This document shows positions 18,993-26,836 of a stretch of DNA of 32,000 nt, one piece after another. How positions within the stretch are numbered: position 1 is the stretch's first letter; every line of letters starts with the position of its first letter. A program made the position numbers and the translations under genes. Under the pieces are notes generated by a model. The model was not told the origin of the DNA. It was given only the letters and a program-made list of their open reading frames with translations, and did not search any database. Source of the DNA: Erysipelotrichaceae bacterium OH741_COT-311 (GTDB lineage: Bacteria; Bacillota_I; Bacilli_A; Erysipelotrichales; Erysipelotrichaceae); assembly GCA_003858585.1 (NCBI GenBank), contig RQZE01000004.1, positions 60,001 through 92,000 on the forward strand. Reading direction: 5' to 3'.

Positions 18993-20394
18993 CAGAACCC
19001 TCCATATCAAGTTTTAACAATTGGTTTAACTCAACTGCATATTCCATTGGAAGCTCACGTGTAAATGGTTCTAAGAAGCCCATCACAATCATATCTGTTG
19101 CGGTTTCTTCATCTAACCCACGTGACATTAAATAAAACAGTTGTTCTTCTGAAATCTTAGAAACCGTTGCTTCATGTTCAATGGTACTATGGCTATTTAC
19201 CGTTTCATTAATCGGTAAGGTATCTGATTTGCTAATACTGTCTAAAATTAAAGTATCACACTCAATTTTACTTTTTGCTTTATAGGCATCTTTACCATGA
19301 TACACTAATCCACGGTAATCTACTTCACCACCATTACGAGCTACCGACTTCGATACAATGGTACTGGTTGTATATGGTGCTAGATGAATCATCTTAGCTC
19401 CTGCATCTAAAATTTGATTTTTACCTGCAACTGCAATCGAAATAGTAATCCCTTTCGCATATTCTCCTTTTAAGATACACGCAGGATACTTCATCGTAAT
19501 GGAAGAACCAATATTTCCATCAATCCATTCCATTGTGCCATAAGCATCTACAACTGCACGTTTCGTTACTAAATTCAAAATATTATTTGACCAGTTTTGC
19601 ACTGTGCTGTATCGACATTTCGCATTTTCTTTTACAATAATTTCAACAACGGCAGCATGTAAAGAATCCTTTGAATAAACCGGAGCTGTACAACCTTCAA
19701 CATAATGTACATCTGCACCTTCATCTACAATAATTAAAGTACGTTCAAATTGACCCATTTGTTCTGAGTTAATTCTAAAATAAGACTGTAAAGGCTTATC
19801 TAACTTTACACCTTTTGGCACATAAATAAACGAACCACCAGACCAAACCGCACTATTTAATGCTGCATACTTATTATCATGATTACTTATCACTGTTGCA
19901 AAATATTCTTTAAATAATTCTGGATATTGTTTTAAAGCGCTATCCGTATCTAAAAAGATAACACCCTTATCTTCTACTTCCTTTAACATATTATGGTACA
20001 CTACTTCAGATTCATATTGTGTAGATACACCAGCTAAAAACTTTTGTTCAGCTTCCGGAATCCCTAATTTATTAAACGTATTCTTAATCGTTTCCGGTAC
20101 ATCATCCCAAGAAGACTCTGATTTATCACTTGACTTAATGTAGTAAGTAAACTCATCAAAGTTTATATCCAAAGTTGGACCAAAATTAGGCTGTGGCATA
20201 GCTTTAAACTTATGGTAAGAATCCAAACGAAACTCTAACATCCATTGAGGTTCTTGTTTCTTGGCAGAAATAGCTTTAATGACTTCTTCATTTAAACCTT
20301 TATCAGTTTGATAAACATTTACTACTTCATCTTTAAATCCATATTTATACTCTAGCTGGCTATTTAAAAATTCTTCATTCTTATTGTTCGTCAT
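18985..20394 (-). CDS. sufB: Fe-S cluster assembly scaffold protein SufB
   Basis: About 469 aa. The C-terminal [22 protein letters not shown] is typical of SufB. The start was set to the ATG at 20394 (MTNNKNEE...) after the GAGGTG SD. An alternative ATG lies at 20406. Confidence 0.93.
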   Translation of the reverse strand: MTNNKNEEFLNSQLEYKYGFKDEVVNVYQTDKGLNEEVIKAISAKKQEPQWMLEFRLDSYHKFKAMPQPNFGPTLDINFDEFTYYIKSSDKSESSWDDVPETIKNTFNKLGIPEAEQKFLAGVSTQYESEVVYHNMLKEVEDKGVIFLDTDSALKQYPELFKEYFATVISNHDNKYAALNSAVWSGGSFIYVPKGVKLDKPLQSYFRINSEQMGQFERTLIIVDEGADVHYVEGCTAPVYSKDSLHAAVVEIIVKENAKCRYSTVQNWSNNILNLVTKRAVVDAYGTMEWIDGNIGSSITMKYPACILKGEYAKGITISIAVAGKNQILDAGAKMIHLAPYTTSTIVSKSVARNGGEVDYRGLVYHGKDAYKAKSKIECDTLILDSISKSDTLPINETVNSHSTIEHEATVSKISEEQLFYLMSRGLDEETATDMIVMGFLEPFTRELPMEYAVELNQLLKLDMEGSVG

Positions 20395-20830
20395 TTGACA
20401 CCTCATTTTCTTCGATTAATTCACTAATCGCATCGACACCAATCAACCCACATTTAATGCGATTGGCTTGTTTTGATAAATTACAAAAACAATTTGCTTC
20501 TTCTAAAAGCTCACTATCATAATCCAATTCATTTAACATAGCACGGTATTGTGCAATGATATGCTTTGCTTGTTTGATGTCTTTATTTTTTAATAATGCA
20601 GTCATAATAGAAGTGGAACTTGTTGAAATCGTACATGCTACCCCATCAAAACGCAAATCCTTAATCACACCATCTTCAATTTTACTTTGTACATAAATAT
20701 CATCAATACATGATTCACTCGCCATATGCTTTGTCTTATAGCTTTCATCTTCCACTAGTTTTTTATTGCGTGGATTTGTATAATGATCCATAATAATAGC
20801 TCTCATTAAATTTTGATCAAAATATGTCAT
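20381..20830 (-). CDS. sufU: Zinc-dependent sulfur transferase SufU
   Basis: 149 aa. DHYTNPRNK motif and three conserved Cys contexts ([20 protein letters not shown]). Confidence 0.9.
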   Translation of the reverse strand: MTYFDQNLMRAIIMDHYTNPRNKKLVEDESYKTKHMASESCIDDIYVQSKIEDGVIKDLRFDGVACTISTSSTSIMTALLKNKDIKQAKHIIAQYRAMLNELDYDSELLEEANCFCNLSKQANRIKCGLIGVDAISELIEENEVSNDEQ

Positions 20831-20839
20831 AGTACTCTC

Positions 20840-22057
20840 CTAGATTACAACTGCGATACATTTTTCAAGTGTAATTTCACTCAACGCTTGAATAAACGCA
20901 TCAATTTCTTCTTTCGTATTATAAAAATAGACACTAGCACGTAATGTTTCTGATGCTTGAATGACATCTATTAAAATTTTTGCACAATGATTTCCTGCAC
21001 GTATAGCAAACCCTTTACTACTTAAATAACTGGCAACATCTTGAGCAAAAATCCCTTTTACATTAAAAGTAACAATACCACAAGTACCAGATGGATTATA
21101 AATCACAACATGCTCTAACGGACGAAGTTTTTCAACAAAATACTGATTTAATTCTTTTTCATATTCTTCAATATGTTCCATACCAATATCCATTAGATAT
21201 TCAACAGCCGCTTTTAAGCCCAATACCCCTTCAATTGCCGGAGTACCTGCTTCAAATTTATAAGGTGCATTCTTTAATAAAATATTACCACAGATATCAA
21301 AGCGAGCATTCGAACCTCCACCCAATAAGAATGGATCTGTTGCTTGTAGTAAATCATATTTACCATATAATACACCAACCCCTGTTGGACCACACATTTT
21401 ATGAGCACTAAACGCTAAAAAATCAATATCTAAATCCTGAACATCCATTTTTAAATGAGGGACAGATTGCGCTCCATCCACAACAACAACAGCACCATAA
21501 CTATGTGCAATCTTACAAATTTCTTTCATTGGTACTTTATGTCCCAATACATTAGAAACTTGCGCTAATGTAACAACTTTTACCTTATCATGCATCGCTT
21601 TTTTAAAGTTTTCAATACTTAAAATACCTTCTTCATTTAACGGAATATATTCTATTTTGGCCTTTGTAACTTCACTTACCTTAAACCAAGGTAAAATATT
21701 ACTCGCATGTTCTGCCTCTGTCGATAAAATAACATCGCCTTCTTTTAAATACTTTTGTCCATATCCATAGGCAACAAGATTCAATGAAGAACTAGCTCCA
21801 CTTGTAAAAACAATTTCCTTACTAGTTGCATTTAAATACTTCGCTACTGCTTCTCTAGCTTGATCAAATTGGTTTGAAACTTGAAAAGACAAATCATAGT
21901 CTCCTCGGTGAACATTAACAGAACAATTTTCATAGTAATCCATAACTGCATTTATCACCTTATATGGTTTAAATGTCGTTGCTGCATTATCAAAATAAAC
22001 TAAATTATTTTTCTTTAGCATTGGAAACTCATTACGAATGTTCGTTAAATCAAGCAT
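20840..22057 (-). CDS. sufS: Cysteine desulfurase SufS (PLP-dependent, class II)
   Basis: 405 aa. PLP-lysine motif FSAHKMCGPTG and catalytic Cys motif RAGNHCA. Confidence 0.93.
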   Translation of the reverse strand: MLDLTNIRNEFPMLKKNNLVYFDNAATTFKPYKVINAVMDYYENCSVNVHRGDYDLSFQVSNQFDQAREAVAKYLNATSKEIVFTSGASSSLNLVAYGYGQKYLKEGDVILSTEAEHASNILPWFKVSEVTKAKIEYIPLNEEGILSIENFKKAMHDKVKVVTLAQVSNVLGHKVPMKEICKIAHSYGAVVVVDGAQSVPHLKMDVQDLDIDFLAFSAHKMCGPTGVGVLYGKYDLLQATDPFLLGGGSNARFDICGNILLKNAPYKFEAGTPAIEGVLGLKAAVEYLMDIGMEHIEEYEKELNQYFVEKLRPLEHVVIYNPSGTCGIVTFNVKGIFAQDVASYLSSKGFAIRAGNHCAKILIDVIQASETLRASVYFYNTKEEIDAFIQALSEITLEKCIAVVI

Positions 22058-22836
22058 AATGCATTCACCTTATCTTCTATTTTTGTTTTTAATAATTCTT
22101 TTAATTGCTCATCATCAATAAAGTCAACAATTGGAGTTAAATATCCAATCGTAATTAAATTTGTTGCTTCTTTATATGTTAATCCTCTTGATTGTAAATA
22201 ATACATTTGATTTTCATCAATTTGTCCAACCGAAGCTGCATGAGAAGCTTGTAGATCATTTTCATCAATCAATAGTAACGGACTAATATTGGCTTTTTTA
22301 ATATCGCCAAATGTTAAACAACGACTTGTTTGAAAATTAGTAGCGCCTTTACTTCCTTTAATAATATTACCAATTGCCTCTAATGCAAACACACCTTTTT
22401 CCGTATTAATACAGTGATTTTCCATTTCTACATGTGTATTTACATTACTATTAATACATTCAATACGATATGACTTGTCATTATTATTTAAAGTAGCTGT
22501 TTTTAAATGTAAAGTACTGTTTGGACACTCTAAAACACTTTTACTATCATAGATAACATTACCCATTGATAATTGACCAAACGCTACCTTAACAACACTA
22601 TTTTCTTTTAATTCATTTGCTTCGTTGATAACCACATTAAAATCACAATCATTCCAATACAGGATATGATAATTTCCATCTGAAAATAATGTATGTAAAT
22701 TAATTTTTTTAGCACTTTTGATTAATACATACAATGAACTATCCATTGCATGACCAACAATTGATAATTTTAAATCTTCTTTCGTATCAATGGTATATGT
22801 ATTAAATCCAGGCTTCAACACTAATGTTTCTTCCAT
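22045..22836 (-). CDS. sufD: Fe-S cluster assembly protein SufD (short form)
   Basis: 263 aa. The C-terminal ASHAASVGQIDENQMYYLQSRGL matches the SufB/SufD family core. It sits between sufC and sufS. Confidence 0.8.
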   Translation of the reverse strand: MEETLVLKPGFNTYTIDTKEDLKLSIVGHAMDSSLYVLIKSAKKINLHTLFSDGNYHILYWNDCDFNVVINEANELKENSVVKVAFGQLSMGNVIYDSKSVLECPNSTLHLKTATLNNNDKSYRIECINSNVNTHVEMENHCINTEKGVFALEAIGNIIKGSKGATNFQTSRCLTFGDIKKANISPLLLIDENDLQASHAASVGQIDENQMYYLQSRGLTYKEATNLITIGYLTPIVDFIDDEQLKELLKTKIEDKVNALCLI

Positions 22837-23654
22837 TATTTTACACCTTTATTTACAGCACAGCTTCCTAAAGAGTATACAATTGGACGAGTTTCGGTTT
22901 TAGGCTTAATCTTTAATTCTTTATATAACCAATCATAGCCCTCACCATCAATTTTATTTACCAATTCATAATCACCTTGAGCCACAATCTTACCATCAAC
23001 AATAACATGTGCATGCGTTGGTTTAATTAATTGATAAAAACGCTTATAGTGAGAAACAACCAAAAGCCCCATATTACTTTCTTTTACCATTTCATCTAAA
23101 CCAGCTGATACCACTTTAATCGCATCCACATCAAGTCCACTATCAATTTCATCTAACATTGCAATTGATGGCTTTAACATGCGCATTTGTAAAATCTCAT
23201 TACGCTTACGTTCTCCACCTGAAAAACCTTCATTTAAGAAACGATGAGCCAAGTCCTTTTTCATATTTAATTTTTTAATATTACTTTCCATTTCCTTAAT
23301 AAATTGGAACAATGGAATTGGCTCTTCACTACGAGCATTTAAACAAGCACGTAGAAAATCACTATTTGTTACACCTGTAATTTCAGCCGGATATTGCATA
23401 GCTAAAAATAAACCGGCTTTGCTTCTTTCATCAACACTCATACTTAAAACATCTTGACCATCAAATGTAATTGTACCATTTGTAACGACATATTTAGGAT
23501 GACCCATAATAGCTGCCAATAATGTTGATTTCCCATTACCATTTGGACCCATTAAAGCATGAATTTCTTTGTCTTTGATCGTTAAATCTATTCCTTTTAA
23601 AATTTCACGACCTTCTATTTCAACATATAGATTTCTAATATCTAAAGTTCCCAT
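22836..23654 (-). CDS. sufC: Fe-S cluster assembly ATPase SufC
   Basis: Walker A GPNGNGKST, signature FSGGERKR, Walker B MLDEIDSGLD. The start was set to the ATG at 23654 (MGTLDIRNL...), 7 nt after the GGAGG SD. The ORF-track start at 23681 is an upstream extension. Confidence 0.93.
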   Translation of the reverse strand: MGTLDIRNLYVEIEGREILKGIDLTIKDKEIHALMGPNGNGKSTLLAAIMGHPKYVVTNGTITFDGQDVLSMSVDERSKAGLFLAMQYPAEITGVTNSDFLRACLNARSEEPIPLFQFIKEMESNIKKLNMKKDLAHRFLNEGFSGGERKRNEILQMRMLKPSIAMLDEIDSGLDVDAIKVVSAGLDEMVKESNMGLLVVSHYKRFYQLIKPTHAHVIVDGKIVAQGDYELVNKIDGEGYDWLYKELKIKPKTETRPIVYSLGSCAVNKGVK

Positions 23655-23679
23655 TTTATTTCCTCCACAATTCTGAATC

Positions 23680-23708
23680 ATTATAACATATAACTTATCT
23701 TATACTAA
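23680..23708 (-). promoter_or_regulatory. Candidate suf operon promoter
   Basis: Minus strand has the extended -10 TGTTATAAT (23688-23680) and a -35 TTAGTA 17 nt upstream. A second GTTATAAT box lies at 23715-23708 with a poorer -35. Confidence 0.45.
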
Positions 23709-23734
23709 TTATAACGCACTTTATTACATCTAAA

Positions 23735-23763
23735 TTGCAATAATAGATAAAATAACTTATAAT
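23735..23763 (+). promoter_or_regulatory. Sigma-A type promoter of the tandem prsA-like genes
   Basis: TTGCAA (23735-23740), an exact 17-nt spacer, then consensus TATAAT (23758-23763). It lies 30 nt upstream of the ATG. Confidence 0.65.
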
Positions 23764-23792
23764 TATCATTGCTTTATATAAGGAGGAACAAA

Positions 23793-24782
23793 ATGAAAGA
23801 CAACAAGGGATTAATTAAAAATTACTGGTTTGTTGGAGTAATTGCACTTTGTTTAGTAACAATTTTAGGCTACTTCGTATACGAAAAAATATCTGCCGGT
23901 GAGTTTAACTACCTGCAGGGAAAAAAAGTAGATGGCAAAGATGTTATTTATACAATTGGTGATAAAATTTCAACAGCCGATGAAATGTATGAAGTACTAT
24001 ATGAAAAATATGGAGTGGAACGTGTTTATAACGCTCTTCAAAAAGCAGTGATTGATCAAGGTGTAGAAACAACGGATGAAATCAAAGAGCAAGCACAACA
24101 CTTTTCAGATGATTTAATTCAAAGAGCAATTCAAAGCTACGGTACAGAACACTATGAAGCTTATATTGTATCTCAATTAAAAAACTTAGGTTATACATCA
24201 TTGAAAGATTTACCTCAATATTACACAGTTTCATTAAAGTTTAATCAACTGATTGAAGACTATGTCAATGCTCATATTGATGAAGTATATCCGGCATTTA
24301 ACGAAGCATTTAAACCACGTATGGTAAGTCACATTCTAATTAAACTTGCTGATCCGGCAAATCCAACCGAAGAAGAACTTGCATTAGTAAAATCCGTACA
24401 AACTGCCCTAGAAAATGGCGAAGACTTTACAAAAGTTGCAGCAGAGTACTCGCAAGATGGAAGTGCTGCAAATGGTGGATCATTAGGTTACATGGATATA
24501 ACAACTCAATTTGTAACACCATTTAAAGATGCCGCATTGGCATTAAACGAAGGTGATGTAAGTGATTTAGTCTTAAGTGAATTTGGCTATCACATCATTA
24601 AAGTAGATTCAACTAATCTTGAAGAATTAAAACAACAAGAACAATTTTATAACGCAATGATTAACAATGATCCAACCATTGCATCAAAAGCTGTTTGGAA
24701 TAAAGCGCAAGAACTAAATATTACTTTTGCAAATGAAGAATTGGAAACAGCTTTAAAGAAACATATGGGAATAGGAGAATAA
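23793..24782 (+). CDS. Membrane-anchored PrsA/SurA-like peptidyl-prolyl isomerase (parvulin domain)
   Basis: Start ATG at 23793 after the AAGGAGG SD (MKDNKG...). N-terminal TM anchor YWFVGVIALCLVTILGYFVY. The parvulin domain has both His motifs intact (VSHILIK ... GGSLGYM ... FGYHIIKV). Confidence 0.8.
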   Translation: MKDNKGLIKNYWFVGVIALCLVTILGYFVYEKISAGEFNYLQGKKVDGKDVIYTIGDKISTADEMYEVLYEKYGVERVYNALQKAVIDQGVETTDEIKEQAQHFSDDLIQRAIQSYGTEHYEAYIVSQLKNLGYTSLKDLPQYYTVSLKFNQLIEDYVNAHIDEVYPAFNEAFKPRMVSHILIKLADPANPTEEELALVKSVQTALENGEDFTKVAAEYSQDGSAANGGSLGYMDITTQFVTPFKDAALALNEGDVSDLVLSEFGYHIIKVDSTNLEELKQQEQFYNAMINNDPTIASKAVWNKAQELNITFANEELETALKKHMGIGE

Positions 24783-24784
24783 CG

Positions 24785-25669
24785 ATGAAAAAGTTAACAA
24801 TACTATTAACTTCACTACTTATATTAAGTGGATGTGGGAAAAATGCTAGTGCAAATATCTCATTTGCCAACGATGAATTACTAACGGTTGGAAATACCAA
24901 GATTACGAAAGGTGAAATCTATCAAACTTTAAAGAACTCCGGATCATCGTTTTACATCATTGAAGAAGCTACTGATTACTTTATCGAAAAAGAAATTACA
25001 AACAATGATGCATTGATGGAAAAAGCTCTTGGTGAGTTAGAAAACATAAAAAAATTATATGGCGATAATTTCTCTAGCATTATTTCAAGTTATGGTTATG
25101 CATCTGAAGAAGAATTTGTTAAAAATACAATCCTGCAACAGCTTCAGGTGCAAGAATTAAACAATGTATACTTAAACGAAAATCTACAAACATATCTTGA
25201 TAGTTATTTACCTAAAAAAGCTCAAATTATGACTTTTGATAACTTAGATACAGCACAAAATGCTTATGTTGCATTAACGGAAGGAAAAGATTTTAAAGAA
25301 ATCGCAAGCCAAATGAATTCATCAAGTAATCCTGATGAACTAATTTATACTTCAAAATCTCTTTTAGCTAGTCCTATTAAATTTTATTTAGATAAAGCAG
25401 AAACAGTAGGTTTATCAGAAGTATTAATTGATGCTGAAAATACAAAATATTATCTTGTAAATATTACCTCAGTTGATCCAACAACCTATAAAGATGAATT
25501 TATTGAATCAATTGCACATGATCAAGAAGTTGTACAATCTGCTTTAAGTTATTATTTCAAAAAATATAACTTTACATTATATGACATTGATATTTATCAA
25601 CAGTTTAAAGAATCTTATCCAACATATTTAAATCAGAAAGAAATTAATAATAAAAAAGTAAATCAATAA
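24785..25669 (+). CDS. PrsA-like lipoprotein with a degenerate parvulin-like domain
   Basis: Lipobox LSGC (MKKLTILLTSLLILSGCGKN). The layout resembles PrsA (helical N-terminal region, then a central ...TEGKDFKEIA... segment), but the parvulin His positions are replaced (AQIMTF, KYYLVNI). Confidence 0.6.
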   Translation: MKKLTILLTSLLILSGCGKNASANISFANDELLTVGNTKITKGEIYQTLKNSGSSFYIIEEATDYFIEKEITNNDALMEKALGELENIKKLYGDNFSSIISSYGYASEEEFVKNTILQQLQVQELNNVYLNENLQTYLDSYLPKKAQIMTFDNLDTAQNAYVALTEGKDFKEIASQMNSSSNPDELIYTSKSLLASPIKFYLDKAETVGLSEVLIDAENTKYYLVNITSVDPTTYKDEFIESIAHDQEVVQSALSYYFKKYNFTLYDIDIYQQFKESYPTYLNQKEINNKKVNQ

Positions 25670-25676
25670 GATTCTA

Positions 25677-25709
25677 AAAGGATGCTTCTTGTAAGATGCA
25701 TCCTTTTTA
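25677..25709 (+). terminator. Intrinsic terminator after the prsA-like pair
   Basis: aaaggatgc (25677-85) / gcatccttt (25698-25706) with a 12-nt loop, followed by TT. Confidence 0.7.
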
Positions 25710-25711
25710 TA

Positions 25712-25748
25712 TAGAAAAAATACCTCTATCTATTACAGCTAGAGGTAT
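25712..25748 (-). terminator. Intrinsic terminator of ahpC
   Basis: Minus strand: AUACCUCUA-N11-UAGAGGUAU followed by UUUUUU. It lies 14 nt after the ahpC stop. Confidence 0.75.
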
Positions 25749-25761
25749 CAATATATTTAAA

Positions 25762-26322
25762 CTAGATTTTACCGATTAAATCTAAACCCGGATTTAATGT
25801 ATCAGATCCTGGTTTCCATTTCGCAGGACATACAACACCATTTTTCGCAACAAATTGAGCTGCTTGAATTTTACGAACTAATTCATCACTATTACGTCCA
25901 ACGCCATCCGCATTTACTTCATATAGAACAACTTTACCTTCAGGATTAATTAAGTACGTACCTCTACCAGTTAAACCTGATTCACTGTTATATACATCAA
26001 AGAATTTACCTAATACAGCTGTTGGATCGCCAATCATTGGAAATTTTACTTTTCCAACTGCTGAAGATTCATTGTGCCAAGCTGCATGAACAAAATGTGT
26101 GTCTGTACTTACTGAGAATACTTCCACTCCCATTTCTTTAATTGTATCGTATTTTTCTGCTAAGTCTTCTAATTCTGTTGGACAAACAAAAGTGAAATCT
26201 GCAGGATAAAAAAAGAACACTGCCCATTTTCCTTCAACATCTTTTTTTGTTACAGTTTTAAATTCATTGTTGTGATAAGCTTCTAATTTAAAATCAATTA
26301 ATTCTTTATCTAATAAACTCAT
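25762..26322 (-). CDS. ahpC: Alkyl hydroperoxide reductase subunit C (typical 2-Cys peroxiredoxin)
   Basis: 186 aa. Peroxidatic Cys motif DFTFVCPTE and resolving Cys motif VCPAKW. GGAGG SD. Confidence 0.93.
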   Translation of the reverse strand: MSLLDKELIDFKLEAYHNNEFKTVTKKDVEGKWAVFFFYPADFTFVCPTELEDLAEKYDTIKEMGVEVFSVSTDTHFVHAAWHNESSAVGKVKFPMIGDPTAVLGKFFDVYNSESGLTGRGTYLINPEGKVVLYEVNADGVGRNSDELVRKIQAAQFVAKNGVVCPAKWKPGSDTLNPGLDLIGKI

Positions 26323-26408
26323 TTTCTTCCTCCTATTTTTTATTATCTTAACATATTATATAATGAATGTGTATTAATATGCTTTATATTTTAAGGAGGT
26401 CTTATTTT

Positions 26409-26798
26409 ATGTGTATTTTTTGCAAAATCATCCAACGAGAAATTCCAAGCAATATCATTTATGAAGATGAATCAACTTTAGCCTTTTTAGATATTTCACC
26501 CTCTACATTTGGTCATACATTAGTTATACCCAAAAAACACTACGATACAATCTATGATGTTGATCAAAACACTTTACACAGTTTAATTTCATCTATTCAA
26601 AAAGTAAGTAAACATATTAAAGATAAAACAGGTTGTAAAGGTATTAATATTGTTCAAAATAATGAAGAAATGGCAGGGCAAACTGTATTTCACATTCACT
26701 TTCACATTATACCTCGCTATGAAAAAAACGACTTTATAATACAGTATTCTGAAAATTCTGCTATATCGTTACAAGATGTATATAATACACTCAAATAA
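26409..26798 (+). CDS. HIT-family (histidine triad) nucleotide hydrolase
   Basis: Start ATG at 26409 after the AAGGAGG SD (MCIFCKIIQREIP...). Histidine triad HIHFHIIPR. The ORF-track N-terminal extension was rejected. Confidence 0.9.
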   Translation: MCIFCKIIQREIPSNIIYEDESTLAFLDISPSTFGHTLVIPKKHYDTIYDVDQNTLHSLISSIQKVSKHIKDKTGCKGINIVQNNEEMAGQTVFHIHFHIIPRYEKNDFIIQYSENSAISLQDVYNTLK

Positions 26799-26836
26799 AA
26801 TAAAGGATTGTATCCTAGGATACAATCCTTTATTTT
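26797..26836. terminator. Bidirectional intrinsic terminator (perfect 40-bp palindrome)
   Basis: Positions 26797-26816 are the exact reverse complement of 26817-26836. This gives an 18-bp stem with a 4-nt loop, flanked by an A-run and a T-run. It overlaps the stop codons of both convergent genes. Confidence 0.8.

Noticed and set aside
21091-21411. 106-aa plus-strand ORF antisense to sufS. Similar antisense ORFs occur at 11783-12338 (in prkC), 31317-31634 (in galE), 29199-29805 (in the hydrolase gene), and at 7339-7566, 15315-15554, 17940-18426 and others.
   Set aside because: All are nested antisense within strongly supported genes. They lack ribosome-binding sites and recognisable motifs, so I treat them as frame shadows.
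23690-23760. 9-bp motif ATAACTTAT occurring twice (23690-23698 and 23752-23760) in the suf/prsA divergent promoter region. A duplicated GTTATAAT also occurs on the minus strand at 23687-23680 and 23715-23708.
   Set aside because: The repeats are short, AT-rich, and overlap -10-like elements. Chance recurrence in a 140-bp AT-rich spacer is plausible, and I have no comparative evidence for an operator.
26323-26408. Possible PerR/Fur-type 7-1-7 operator in the ahpC/HIT divergent promoter region (AT-rich near-palindrome CATTATATAATATG)
   Set aside because: No 15-nt window I tested is a real inverted repeat matching TTATAATNATTATAA. The resemblance is explained by AT-richness and -10-like boxes.
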